From the NCBI GenBank assembly GCA_043806415.1, contig JAZDHB010000058.1, forward strand, positions 1 through 50,556: a DNA stretch of 50,556 nucleotides, read 5' to 3'. Both the position numbers and the translations under genes were made by a program. This DNA comes from Candidatus Micrarchaeota archaeon (lineage in GTDB: Archaea; Micrarchaeota; Micrarchaeia; Anstonellales; Anstonellaceae). The notes under the pieces were generated by a model. The model saw nothing but the letters and a program-made list of their open reading frames with translations. It did no database searches and was not told the origin of the DNA. Below, in pieces: positions 1 to 7,602 of the stretch; position 1 is the first letter of the stretch; the number at the start of each line of letters is the position of its first letter.

Positions 1-818
1 AGCTCCCCGAGCTTCCAGCCGAACCTCTTGCCGCAGGTGTCGCTCTCGCCGGGCGCGCACCAGCAGTCCCGGCCCCAATCACGGAACGATTCGGCCGCCT
101 TCGCGACGAGCGCGCCGGAGGTGAGCACGGCCCCGCCCTCGCCGGTGGTGATGTGGTGCGCCGGATAGAACGAGAGCGTGGCCGCGTCCCCGAAGGTGCC
201 GACCTTCTTCCCGTCCCACGTCGCGCCCAGCGCGTCGCAGCAGTCCTCCACCAAAAACAGCTCGTGCTCATGGCAGAACTTCACCACCGCGTCCAAATCG
301 AACGGGTTTCCCAGCGTGTGCGCCAGCATGAGCGCTTTCGTCTTGTCGGTGAGCGCCTCGTCCAGCCTGCTCACGTCCATGTTGTAGGTGCCCGGCTCGG
401 TGTCGAGGAATACGGGCACGAGCCCGTTCTGCACGATGGGATTGACCGTGGTGGGGAACGAGGCCGCGGTGGTGATCACCTCGTCTCCGGTCTTGAGCCT
501 CCGCTTGCCCATGAGCGGCGACGTGAGCGCCGAGAGGGCCACCAGGTTGGCGGACGAGCCGGAATTGACCATGAGCGCCTTCTTCACGCCTGTCCAGGCG
601 GCCAGTTCCTGTTCGAAGCGTGCGTGGTATCTCCCGGCCGTGAGCCAGAAATCAAGGGACGAGTCCACGAGCGCGCACACCTCCTTCTCGTCGAACACGC
701 GCCCGGCGTAGCGGATCGGGTCCCCTTTCTTGTACGGCGCCGGCTGGTGCGCCACGGCATAGAATTTCCGGGTAAGTTCGAGGATTTTCGCCCGCAGTTC
801 TTTGGCTTGTTCGCTCAT
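1..818 (-). CDS. rfbH: CDP-4-keto-6-deoxy-D-glucose 3-dehydrase (RfbH/DdhC/AscC type, DegT aminotransferase fold). N-terminal 272 aa only; the C-terminus runs off the left edge.
   Basis: Absent from the ORF track because no stop lies in the window. My reverse-complement translation from the ATG at 816-818 gives [22 protein letters not shown]...[18 protein letters not shown]...[29 protein letters not shown]...[10 protein letters not shown]...[23 protein letters not shown]...[18 protein letters not shown]...[30 protein letters not shown]. These match the conserved RfbH blocks as I recall them. Confidence 0.8.
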   Translation of the reverse strand, partial: MSEQAKELRAKILELTRKFYAVAHQPAPYKKGDPIRYAGRVFDEKEVCALVDSSLDFWLTAGRYHARFEQELAAWTGVKKALMVNSGSSANLVALSALTSPLMGKRRLKTGDEVITTAASFPTTVNPIVQNGLVPVFLDTEPGTYNMDVSRLDEALTDKTKALMLAHTLGNPFDLDAVVKFCHEHELFLVEDCCDALGATWDGKKVGTFGDAATLSFYPAHHITTGEGGAVLTSGALVAKAAESFRDWGRDCWCAPGESDTCGKRFGWKLGE

Positions 819-851
819 AATCATTACATCCGATGCTTATTCCGCATCTTC

Positions 852-1862
852 CTAGTATTTTCCCATCTTTCGCAGCAGCGGCAAGGCGATGCGTATCGCG
901 AGATTGGCGAAAGGCGCCAGGATGAAGGTGAAATACGACAGCACGTAGAGGACGAAGGCCATCAGGTGCTCCGGGAGGCCGCCCCAGACCGCGCCGGCCA
1001 GGCCGCACTGGCTGCGGCACAGCCCTCCCTTGCCCCTCGCGATGCTGCTGCTAGCCTGCCGCAAAAGGCTCAAGGCGGCGTTGCGCAGCATGGCCTTCTC
1101 CTGTTTCGCGCCCTCCTCCCCCTGCGGGATATAATTGCGGAAGAGCTTCTTGACCATGGAATACTGCTCCATGATGCTGATGTTGTTGTCGATGAGGTAG
1201 TTGGTGTCGTTGCTTCCATAGATTCGGTACGACGAGGTCGTATCCGCGTTGTAGATGCCGTCGAAGCGGTAGGCGATCTTGAGCCACATCATGTAATCGC
1301 TCGGGCCCGGGAACTGCGGGTCGTAATTCCCGCACTTCTCGTGCGCATCGCGGCGCACGAGCACGGTGCACACGGGCATGAAATCCCTCTCGATCAGAAG
1401 AGAGAACATTTCGCGCGAGGGCACGAGGCGGGACTCGCCAGCCAGCCTGTTCCTTGCCTCTATTTTGTGTTGTCCTCCTTTCTCGTCGATGTTTTTGTAT
1501 TTACAGAAGCACAGCCCCGCCGTCGGGTTCTTTCCGAGCAGCGCGATCGAGGAGGGGAGGAAATTCTTTTCCCACAAATCGTCCGAGTGCAGCACGGCGA
1601 CATACTCCCCCTTCGCCTCATCCAGCCCCCGGTTGAGGCTGCCCACGATGCCGATGTCCTCCTCGTTCTGGATGAAGCGGATGCGCTTGTCGGCGGTCGC
1701 GAGCTTTTTCACCACGTCCTGCGAGCCGTCCGATGAGCGGTTGTCGATGACGAGGGCCTCCCAATCCTGGAAATCCTGCGCACGCACGCTCGCGAGCGTG
1801 AGGCCCACGAAATCGGCCTTGTTGCGCGGGGGCACGATGATTGACACTTTCGGGATTGGCAT
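852..1862 (-). CDS. Family 2 glycosyltransferase with a C-terminal membrane segment
   Basis: ORF 852..1889. It contains VSIIVPPRN...DWEALVIDNRSSDGS...VAVLHSDD, the GT2 DxD-type signature. The ATG at 1862 (MPIPKVSIIV) is preferred because a TATA-like TTATAAAT lies at 1888-1895 on this strand. Confidence 0.8.
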   Translation of the reverse strand: MPIPKVSIIVPPRNKADFVGLTLASVRAQDFQDWEALVIDNRSSDGSQDVVKKLATADKRIRFIQNEEDIGIVGSLNRGLDEAKGEYVAVLHSDDLWEKNFLPSSIALLGKNPTAGLCFCKYKNIDEKGGQHKIEARNRLAGESRLVPSREMFSLLIERDFMPVCTVLVRRDAHEKCGNYDPQFPGPSDYMMWLKIAYRFDGIYNADTTSSYRIYGSNDTNYLIDNNISIMEQYSMVKKLFRNYIPQGEEGAKQEKAMLRNAALSLLRQASSSIARGKGGLCRSQCGLAGAVWGGLPEHLMAFVLYVLSYFTFILAPFANLAIRIALPLLRKMGKY

Positions 1863-1887
1863 ACGACCACGACTGGCATACAGCCAC

Positions 1888-1895
1888 ATTTATAA
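1888..1895 (-). promoter_or_regulatory. TATA-box-like element upstream of the GT2 gene
   Basis: The minus strand reads TTATAAAT, 26-33 nt upstream of the ATG at 1862. It sits in the divergent intergenic region shared with rfbF. Confidence 0.4.
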
Positions 1896-1955
1896 GCGAT
1901 ATCCATTGTTCTCGAAGCCAAAATAAATAAAAGGTGCCTAAGCCCCATTCCATCC

Positions 1956-2741
1956 ATGCAAGACACCGAGAACTGGCCAGTGGTCATACTCTGCGGCGGG
2001 CAGGGCACGCGCATGCGCGAGGAGACCGAATTCAAGCCCAAGGCGATGGTCACCATCGGCGGGCAGCCGATCCTTGTGCACATCATGCGCACCTACGCCA
2101 AATTCGGATTCAAGCGCTTCATCCTCTGCCTGGGCTACAAGGGCGAGATGATCAAGGAGCATTTCCTCAAGGCGGAATTCAACGACAACGACTTCACCCT
2201 CCATCTCTCCGACCGCAAGATGGACGTCATCCACCGCTCGGCCAAGGGCGAGGACTGGGAGATCACCTTCGCTCAGACGGGCCTGAACGCCTCCACCGGC
2301 GCGCGCTTAAAGAAGATCGAGAAATACGTCGACACCCCTCATTTCCTGCTCACCTACGGAGACGGGGTGGCGGACATCGACCTCTCCCGGCTTGTGAAAT
2401 TGCACCTTCAGCAGAAGACCACGGCCACCCTCACGGGCGTCAAGCCGCCGGCCCGCTTCGGGCTCCTCGAGCTGGACGGGGACAAAGTGAAAAAATTCCG
2501 AGAGAAACCCATCATGAACGAATTTGTCAACGGCGGCTTCTACGCGTTCGACCGCAAGATATTCGGCCATCTCTCGTCCGACGACGCCTGCGTGCTGGAA
2601 TACGAGCTCTCCGAGCTGGCGGAGGAGGGGCAGCTCTCCATCTACCGGCACGAGGGCTTCTGGCACATGATGGACACCTACAAGGACTACCTGGACCTGA
2701 ACAAGGTGTGGGACGCGGGCAAAGCCAAATGGAAAGCGTGA
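1956..2741 (+). CDS. rfbF: Glucose-1-phosphate cytidylyltransferase
   Basis: 261 aa. VVILCGGQGTRMREETEFKPKAMVTIGGQPIL, LTYGDGVADIDL and GGFYAFD...EGFWHMMDTYKD are typical RfbF/DdhA blocks. Confidence 0.9.
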   Translation: MQDTENWPVVILCGGQGTRMREETEFKPKAMVTIGGQPILVHIMRTYAKFGFKRFILCLGYKGEMIKEHFLKAEFNDNDFTLHLSDRKMDVIHRSAKGEDWEITFAQTGLNASTGARLKKIEKYVDTPHFLLTYGDGVADIDLSRLVKLHLQQKTTATLTGVKPPARFGLLELDGDKVKKFREKPIMNEFVNGGFYAFDRKIFGHLSSDDACVLEYELSELAEEGQLSIYRHEGFWHMMDTYKDYLDLNKVWDAGKAKWKA

Positions 2742-2751
2742 GGTCCTTTTT

Positions 2752-3933
2752 TTGCTCGCAAAATTCTTTTCCAAAAAGCGTGTCCTCATCACCGGCCACA
2801 CCGGCTTCAAGGGAAGCTGGCTGGCCCAGATGCTCGTTTCCATGGGCGCGGACGTCTCGGGCTTCGCGCTTGAGCCCAACACCGACCCCAACCTCTATTC
2901 CCTCCTCTCGCTGGATTCCCGCCTCTCCAGCCGCATCGCAGACATCCGCCACTACGGCGACGTGCTTTCGGTCATCGAGGAAGAGAAGCCCGAGATCGTC
3001 TTCCACCTGGCCGCCCAGCCGCTCGTGCGCGCCAGCTACGACGACCCGCGCTACACGTTCGAGACCAACGCGATGGGCACCGTGAACGTGCTCGAAGCCA
3101 TCCGCCGCACCTCGTGCGTGCGCAGCGCCGTCCTCATCACCACCGACAAGGTGTATGAGAACAAGGAGGACGGCAAGCCCTTCGCCGAGGGCGATGCGCT
3201 GGGCGGGCATGACCCGTACAGCGCCTCGAAGGCGGCAGGCGAGATCGCGATCAGCTCGTACATCCGCTCGTTCTTCAACCCTTCCCCCGGCGGGGAAAAG
3301 CCCTCCCGTCCCGGCGCAGGCGAAAAGCCCGTTGCTTCGGGTTCGGCTGCGAGGGCCGCCCGTCCGCTCGCCGCCAGTCCGGGCTTGGGCGGGAAGGGCG
3401 CCGCTTCGGGCGCCGTCCCCTCTCTTCCCCTCATCGCATCCGCGCGCGCCGGCAACGTCATCGGCGGCGGGGACTGGTCCGCCGACCGCCTCGTGCCGGA
3501 CATCATCCGCGCCAAGGCGTCCGGCCAGGCGCTCGTCCTGCGAAACCCCTCCTCCATCCGCCCCTGGCAGCACGTGCTCGACCCGCTCTACGGCTATCTC
3601 CTGCTCGCCAAGGGGCTTGGCGGAGGCGACCGTCCGCTTGTGGGCGCATACAATTTCGCCCCGGACGAATCCAAGCCCATCACGGTGGAACAGATTGCCA
3701 GAAAGGCCGGGGTGAAATACTCGGTGCAGCCAGATGGCAAGAAGCACGAGGCCGGCACGCTCATGCTCGACGCGGGCAAGGCCAGGAAAATGCTGGGCTG
3801 GAAGCCCCGGCTGGACCTGGACGAATCGCTCCAGCTCACGTTCGAGTGGTATTCTCGCCATGCGGCCGGCGAGGACATGCTCAAATTCACACAGAAACAA
3901 ATCGACGACTACCTCAGGAAGGCGGAAAAATAA
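2752..3933 (+). CDS. rfbG: CDP-glucose 4,6-dehydratase carrying an internal low-complexity insertion of about 40 aa
   Basis: 393 aa. Rossmann motif VLITGHTGFKGSWL, catalytic YSASK, and RAGNVIGGGDW...RPWQHVLDPL. The insertion NPSPGGEKPSRPG...AVPSLP lies between SFFNP and ARAGNVIGGGDW. Confidence 0.85.
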   Translation: MLAKFFSKKRVLITGHTGFKGSWLAQMLVSMGADVSGFALEPNTDPNLYSLLSLDSRLSSRIADIRHYGDVLSVIEEEKPEIVFHLAAQPLVRASYDDPRYTFETNAMGTVNVLEAIRRTSCVRSAVLITTDKVYENKEDGKPFAEGDALGGHDPYSASKAAGEIAISSYIRSFFNPSPGGEKPSRPGAGEKPVASGSAARAARPLAASPGLGGKGAASGAVPSLPLIASARAGNVIGGGDWSADRLVPDIIRAKASGQALVLRNPSSIRPWQHVLDPLYGYLLLAKGLGGGDRPLVGAYNFAPDESKPITVEQIARKAGVKYSVQPDGKKHEAGTLMLDAGKARKMLGWKPRLDLDESLQLTFEWYSRHAAGEDMLKFTQKQIDDYLRKAEK

Positions 3934-3966
3934 GAAGCATCAGTCCGTCCGTTAAGCTCGATTTCA

Positions 3967-4282
3967 TCCGAACCGCGGAGGGACATGTGGCCTGATGGCC
4001 ACAATTCGACAACGGCTAAGCCGTTGTCGAGGGTCCGCCCCCCTCCCCAGTTTGAGGGCGAGCAGGCCTACGAAAGGCCTGCGCGCAAGCGTCGGCTTTG
4101 GCCGACGCTGCACCATCGGCCTACGGGCCGATGCTTGCGCAAGCCCCGCAGGGCTTGCTCGCCCGAGAGGCTCGACGCTTCGAGCCTCTGGGCACAGCCG
4201 GCAGCGGCCGGCTTATCGGCAAGTCTGTTGCCGACACAGTCGGCTCTCCAGAGCCGACTCGTGTCCTCCTGACCCTCCCCCC
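3967..4282 (+). repeat. Hairpin-mosaic repeat element, copy 1: ten consecutive stem-loops between conserved termini
   Basis: Termini are TCCGAACCGCGG (3967-3978), CCCCCCTCCCCAGTTT (4038-4053) and TCCTGACCCTCCCCCC (4267-4282). Perfect stem-loops lie at 3987-4002, 4006-4030, 4062-4082, 4088-4109, 4114-4133, 4139-4158, 4166-4189, 4196-4213, 4216-4234 and 4238-4259. Confidence 0.75.
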
Positions 4283-4293
4283 GAGGTTAGCTT

Positions 4294-5409
4294 ATGTCGT
4301 CTGTCCACGTAGTCGGCGCGGGTCCCGCGGGCTCTTTTGCGGCATTGAGCGCCCTAAAAGCCGGCCATGACGTCTATCTGTCCGAGGAGCACGAGCGCAT
4401 CGGCCAGCCCGTGCACTGCTCCGGGCTCGTCTCCGCCTCGGGCCTCAAGCAGATGGACGACGTCGTGCCCTGCAAGAAGGTCATCCGCAACCCCATCTAC
4501 CGGGCCAATTTGCACGGCGCGAATTCGTGTTTCTCGCTCTCCTACGCGCAGCCCAAGGCTTACGTCATCGAGCGCGGCAAATTCGACTTTCTCGCCGCCC
4601 GCAAATTCATCGACGCGGGCGGCAAGGTCCTCTCCGGGCACGGCGTGCGCCGCCTCGAGGACCTCAAGTCAAGGAATGTCATCGGCGCGGACGGTCCCAT
4701 CTCCACCATCTCGCGCCTCTTCGATTTCCCCCGCATCCGCGCCTACACCTCCTGCTGGCAGGGAGATTTCTCCTACCGGTGCATAGACACGGGGGCGGTG
4801 GAGGTCTTCTTCGACCCCCGCCTCTGCCCCGGATTCATTGGCTGGATAATTCCCACGAGCGAAGAGACGGCCGAAATCGGCCTGGGCGTGGCCAGCGCGA
4901 AAGGGCTCCATGCCGCGCGCAACCAATTCCTCTCAAAAATCGGCCTTAAAGACAAGAAGCCTGAATCCGAATTCTCGGCCCTCATCCCTCTTACCGTGCG
5001 CCAGAAAACAGGGAAAATCACAAATGGATACAACGTGGTGCTGGCGGGCGACGCCGCCGGACAGGTGAAGGCCTCTTCCGGGGGCGGCATCTTCTTCGGC
5101 TCCTCGTGCGGGCGCCTGGCCGGACAGTTGTTCGAGCATCCGGACGAATACGAGAAAGCCTGGCGCCAAAAATACGGCCTCGACCTCGCGCTCCACGGCC
5201 TTTTGCGCCGCGGCATCAATTCCCTCCCCTCTTTTGGCGTGGACTTGTGGCTGGCGAGCATGAAGGCCCTGCGCTTCGAGCGGCTGCTCGCCGAATCCGG
5301 CGAGATGGACGAATATTCCAAGATGCTCTCGCTGCGCAGCCTGGGAGCATGGGCGGGGGCATGGGCCGGGAATCCAAGGAAAAAGAGCGAATCAAGGAAA
5401 AAAGATTGA
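4294..5409 (+). CDS. Geranylgeranyl reductase family FAD-dependent oxidoreductase
   Basis: 371 aa. N-terminal VVGAGPAGSFAAL dinucleotide fold, VIGADGPIS, and VLAGDAAGQVKASSGGGI. A GAGGT Shine-Dalgarno-like sequence lies 8-12 nt upstream of the ATG. Confidence 0.8.
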   Translation: MSSVHVVGAGPAGSFAALSALKAGHDVYLSEEHERIGQPVHCSGLVSASGLKQMDDVVPCKKVIRNPIYRANLHGANSCFSLSYAQPKAYVIERGKFDFLAARKFIDAGGKVLSGHGVRRLEDLKSRNVIGADGPISTISRLFDFPRIRAYTSCWQGDFSYRCIDTGAVEVFFDPRLCPGFIGWIIPTSEETAEIGLGVASAKGLHAARNQFLSKIGLKDKKPESEFSALIPLTVRQKTGKITNGYNVVLAGDAAGQVKASSGGGIFFGSSCGRLAGQLFEHPDEYEKAWRQKYGLDLALHGLLRRGINSLPSFGVDLWLASMKALRFERLLAESGEMDEYSKMLSLRSLGAWAGAWAGNPRKKSESRKKD

Positions 5410-5476
5410 AAAATAAAAAGGAATCAAAAAAGATGGAGAAAAGAAAAAAGAATCAAAAAGAAAAAGAAATTCCGTC
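5410..5476 (-). terminator. Oligo-T tract terminator region for the minus-strand gene 5477..5971
   Basis: On the minus strand this spacer reads as repeated T5-T6 runs (TTTCTTTTTCTTTTTGATTCTTTTTTCTTTT...) directly after the stop. Archaeal termination is known to use oligo-T tracts. Confidence 0.45.
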
Positions 5477-5971
5477 CTACTGCAAATTCTTGAGAATCGC
5501 TTGCTCGATTTCGTACGCGAGCTTGTCCAGCGAATTGCGCGTTTCGTTCTTCCAGCTCGTGATGAGGTGACTGGCGGCCTTGTAGACGCCGTATGCCGCC
5601 GCGAGGACGGTCACTCCAATGCCTGCGCCATACGGGAAAATAGGGACGTAATAGCTAGCGTAATCGACCGCCCGCACCATGACCGGAGCCGCAATCGCCG
5701 CCGTGGCCACGAGGCCGGCCACGTACGCGGTCTTCTTTGCGCTCGTGGGCTTGAGCGTACCGTAGATTTGGACGTTTTGTTCTACCTGCTGGGTCTTTTG
5801 CGAAATCTCGTTAATCGGAAGATTGCCTTTACCGGTTTTCTGTGCCACCTTCATCGTGAGCCCCATGAGCGCATCCGGACCATTCCCGGTCTTGCAAGCC
5901 GAGAACACTTTTTTGGCGTCCGCTCTTGAAACATACTGCGCTTTAGGATATACTTGAGCCTGAACCATCAT
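5477..5971 (-). CDS. Hypothetical membrane protein
   Basis: 164 aa ORF with normal amino-acid composition and two hydrophobic segments (AYVAGLVATAAIAAPVMV, GAGIGVTVLAAAYGVY). A TATA-like ATATATGTATATAC lies upstream. I recognise no family. Confidence 0.5.
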   Translation of the reverse strand: MMVQAQVYPKAQYVSRADAKKVFSACKTGNGPDALMGLTMKVAQKTGKGNLPINEISQKTQQVEQNVQIYGTLKPTSAKKTAYVAGLVATAAIAAPVMVRAVDYASYYVPIFPYGAGIGVTVLAAAYGVYKAASHLITSWKNETRNSLDKLAYEIEQAILKNLQ

Positions 5972-6092
5972 ACCACCAAGTGCTAATGTGGTAACAGAAG
6001 TATATACATATATCTAGAACTCCGCTCCGACTGCGCCTTTTAAATGCCTGTCCGCCGTAATTCCATCATCCTTCTCTTGAAAGGCCTTTTCC

Positions 6093-6776
6093 ATGAAGTT
6101 CGACCTCCACGTCCATTCGGCTTATTCGCCCGACTGCGCCACGCCGCTAAAGAAGCTGGCCGAGCGATACGCTTCCCTGGGTTTTTCCGGCTTCGCGCTC
6201 AGTGACCACGGTTCCATGGACGGCCTCTCTCCCCTGCGCGCCCATGTGAAGGAAAAGAAGCTTCCGCTCGAAATCATCGGCGCCTGCGAATTCCTGTCCG
6301 ACCGGGGAGAGGTCATCGGCCTTTTCATCGAGGAGTTCATCCCCAAGCGCGATTTCGGAGAATTATGCGACGGCATCCACGATCAGGGCGGATTCGTCAT
6401 CCTGCCCCACCCCTTCGATTCGGTGCGCAAGAAAATCTGCCGCCCCGACCTTCTTCCCCCCGACCTGCTCCGCCACGTGGATGGACTGGAGGTGTTCAAC
6501 GCCCGCAGCGTATTTCCTGCCGACAACGCCAAATCCGCGGCTTTCGCAGCAGAGCACAAGCTCATGCGCACGGCCGGCTCGGACGCGCATTTCCTCTTCG
6601 AGGCCGGCAACGGCTTCGTCGACGTGCCGGATCCGGAAACCTTGGCCATCGCGCTCAAGAAGGGCCGCGCGACGATTGGCGGCTCGAGCGCGCCCTTCTT
6701 CGTGCACGGCCCGACCACGCTGGTCAAATGGGCGAAGAAATTCGGCATCATCAAAAAGCCGGCCAAATTCGCATAA
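6093..6776 (+). CDS. PHP-domain metal-dependent phosphoesterase
   Basis: 227 aa. The N-terminal KFDLHVHSAYSPD, later SDHGSMDG, and GSDAHF are PHP-family histidine motifs. Confidence 0.75.
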   Translation: MKFDLHVHSAYSPDCATPLKKLAERYASLGFSGFALSDHGSMDGLSPLRAHVKEKKLPLEIIGACEFLSDRGEVIGLFIEEFIPKRDFGELCDGIHDQGGFVILPHPFDSVRKKICRPDLLPPDLLRHVDGLEVFNARSVFPADNAKSAAFAAEHKLMRTAGSDAHFLFEAGNGFVDVPDPETLAIALKKGRATIGGSSAPFFVHGPTTLVKWAKKFGIIKKPAKFA

Positions 6777-6871
6777 GCCCGTTTTCTCGCGCGCGATGCC
6801 GGACCCCTGTTTTTCCGGTCCAATACCCTAACTGCGTGTGCCTTGTTTTCTGGCGCTCCAAAGGCGAATCC

Positions 6872-6879
6872 TATATAAA
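6872..6879 (+). promoter_or_regulatory. TATA box for uppS; the transcript is probably leaderless or has a very short leader
   Basis: TATATAAA lies 22-29 nt upstream of the ATG at 6901. Confidence 0.45.
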
Positions 6880-6900
6880 CCACGTCGTCTTTCTCCTATC

Positions 6901-7602
6901 ATGCCTTCCAAGCATACGGTCCGCCACGTCGCCATCATTCCCGACGGCAACCGGCGCTGGGCCAAGAAGCGCGGCCTTGACCCCCTCGAGGGCCACCGGC
7001 GCGGCATCGACCTCATGGGCGAGGTGCTCAAATGGGCGCGCGCCCACCAGGTGCGCACGGTGTCGTTCTGGGCGTTCTCCAGCGAGAATTTCAACCGCGA
7101 CAAGGAGGAGGTGGAAGGCCTTTTCAAGGCCTTCGAGACCAACCTCCAGAAAGTCCTCCAAGAAGGCGACTTTGACAAATACGGGGTGCGGGTGCGTTTC
7201 ATCGGCGACATCGAGCGCTTCCCCCCGCGCATCCGGCAGGGCGTGAGGGAGGTGGAGCGCAAGACCGCCAAGCACGATAAGTATTTCGTCAACCTCTTCA
7301 TCGGCTACGGCGGGCGGCCGGAGCTGGTGCACATGGCCCGGCGCGTCGCCAAGGATTTCGCCTTCCATCCCGACAAGATCGATGAGCAAGCCGTCGCCGA
7401 GCGGCTTTGGACCTCCGGCGTGCCAGACCCCGACCTCATCATCCGCACCTCCGGCGAGCAGCGCATCTCGGGCTTCATGCCATTCCAGTCCGCCTATTCC
7501 GAGCTCTATTTCTGCCAAAAGCTCTGGCCCGATTTTCGCAAGTCCGACTTTTCAGCGGCGCTCGCCGAATTCCGGCGAAGGAAAAGGCGTTGGGGGAAAT
7601 GA
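6901..7602 (+). CDS. uppS: Cis-prenyltransferase (undecaprenyl/di-trans,poly-cis-polyprenyl diphosphate synthase)
   Basis: HVAIIPDGNRRWAKKRG, FWAFSSENFNR, and IRTSGEQRISGFMPFQSAYSELYF are the canonical UppS blocks. The ATG at 6901 is chosen inside ORF 6838..7602. Confidence 0.9.
   Translation: MPSKHTVRHVAIIPDGNRRWAKKRGLDPLEGHRRGIDLMGEVLKWARAHQVRTVSFWAFSSENFNRDKEEVEGLFKAFETNLQKVLQEGDFDKYGVRVRFIGDIERFPPRIRQGVREVERKTAKHDKYFVNLFIGYGGRPELVHMARRVAKDFAFHPDKIDEQAVAERLWTSGVPDPDLIIRTSGEQRISGFMPFQSAYSELYFCQKLWPDFRKSDFSAALAEFRRRKRRWGK

Noticed and set aside
153-1736. 527-aa plus-strand ORF spanning the rfbH and GT2 region
   Set aside because: It is Arg/Gly/His/Glu-rich with no recognisable domain. It is antisense to two well-supported minus-strand genes. 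This is a typical shadow ORF of GC-rich DNA.
2527-3900. 457-aa minus-strand ORF
   Set aside because: It is antisense to rfbF and rfbG, which have clear motifs. Its composition is dominated by Arg/Gly/Ala/Pro.
3985-4260. Possible CRISPR array or tRNA cluster, suggested by the dense palindromes
   Set aside because: There is no constant direct repeat separated by unique spacers. Each hairpin has a different stem. None has tRNA D/T-loop features. It is treated instead as a hairpin-mosaic repeat.
5341-5370. Short tandem GCATGGGC(G/C)GGG repeat at the 3' end of the GGR gene
   Set aside because: It encodes a GAWAGAWAG tail inside a well-supported CDS. This is minor slippage-type duplication and not an independent feature.
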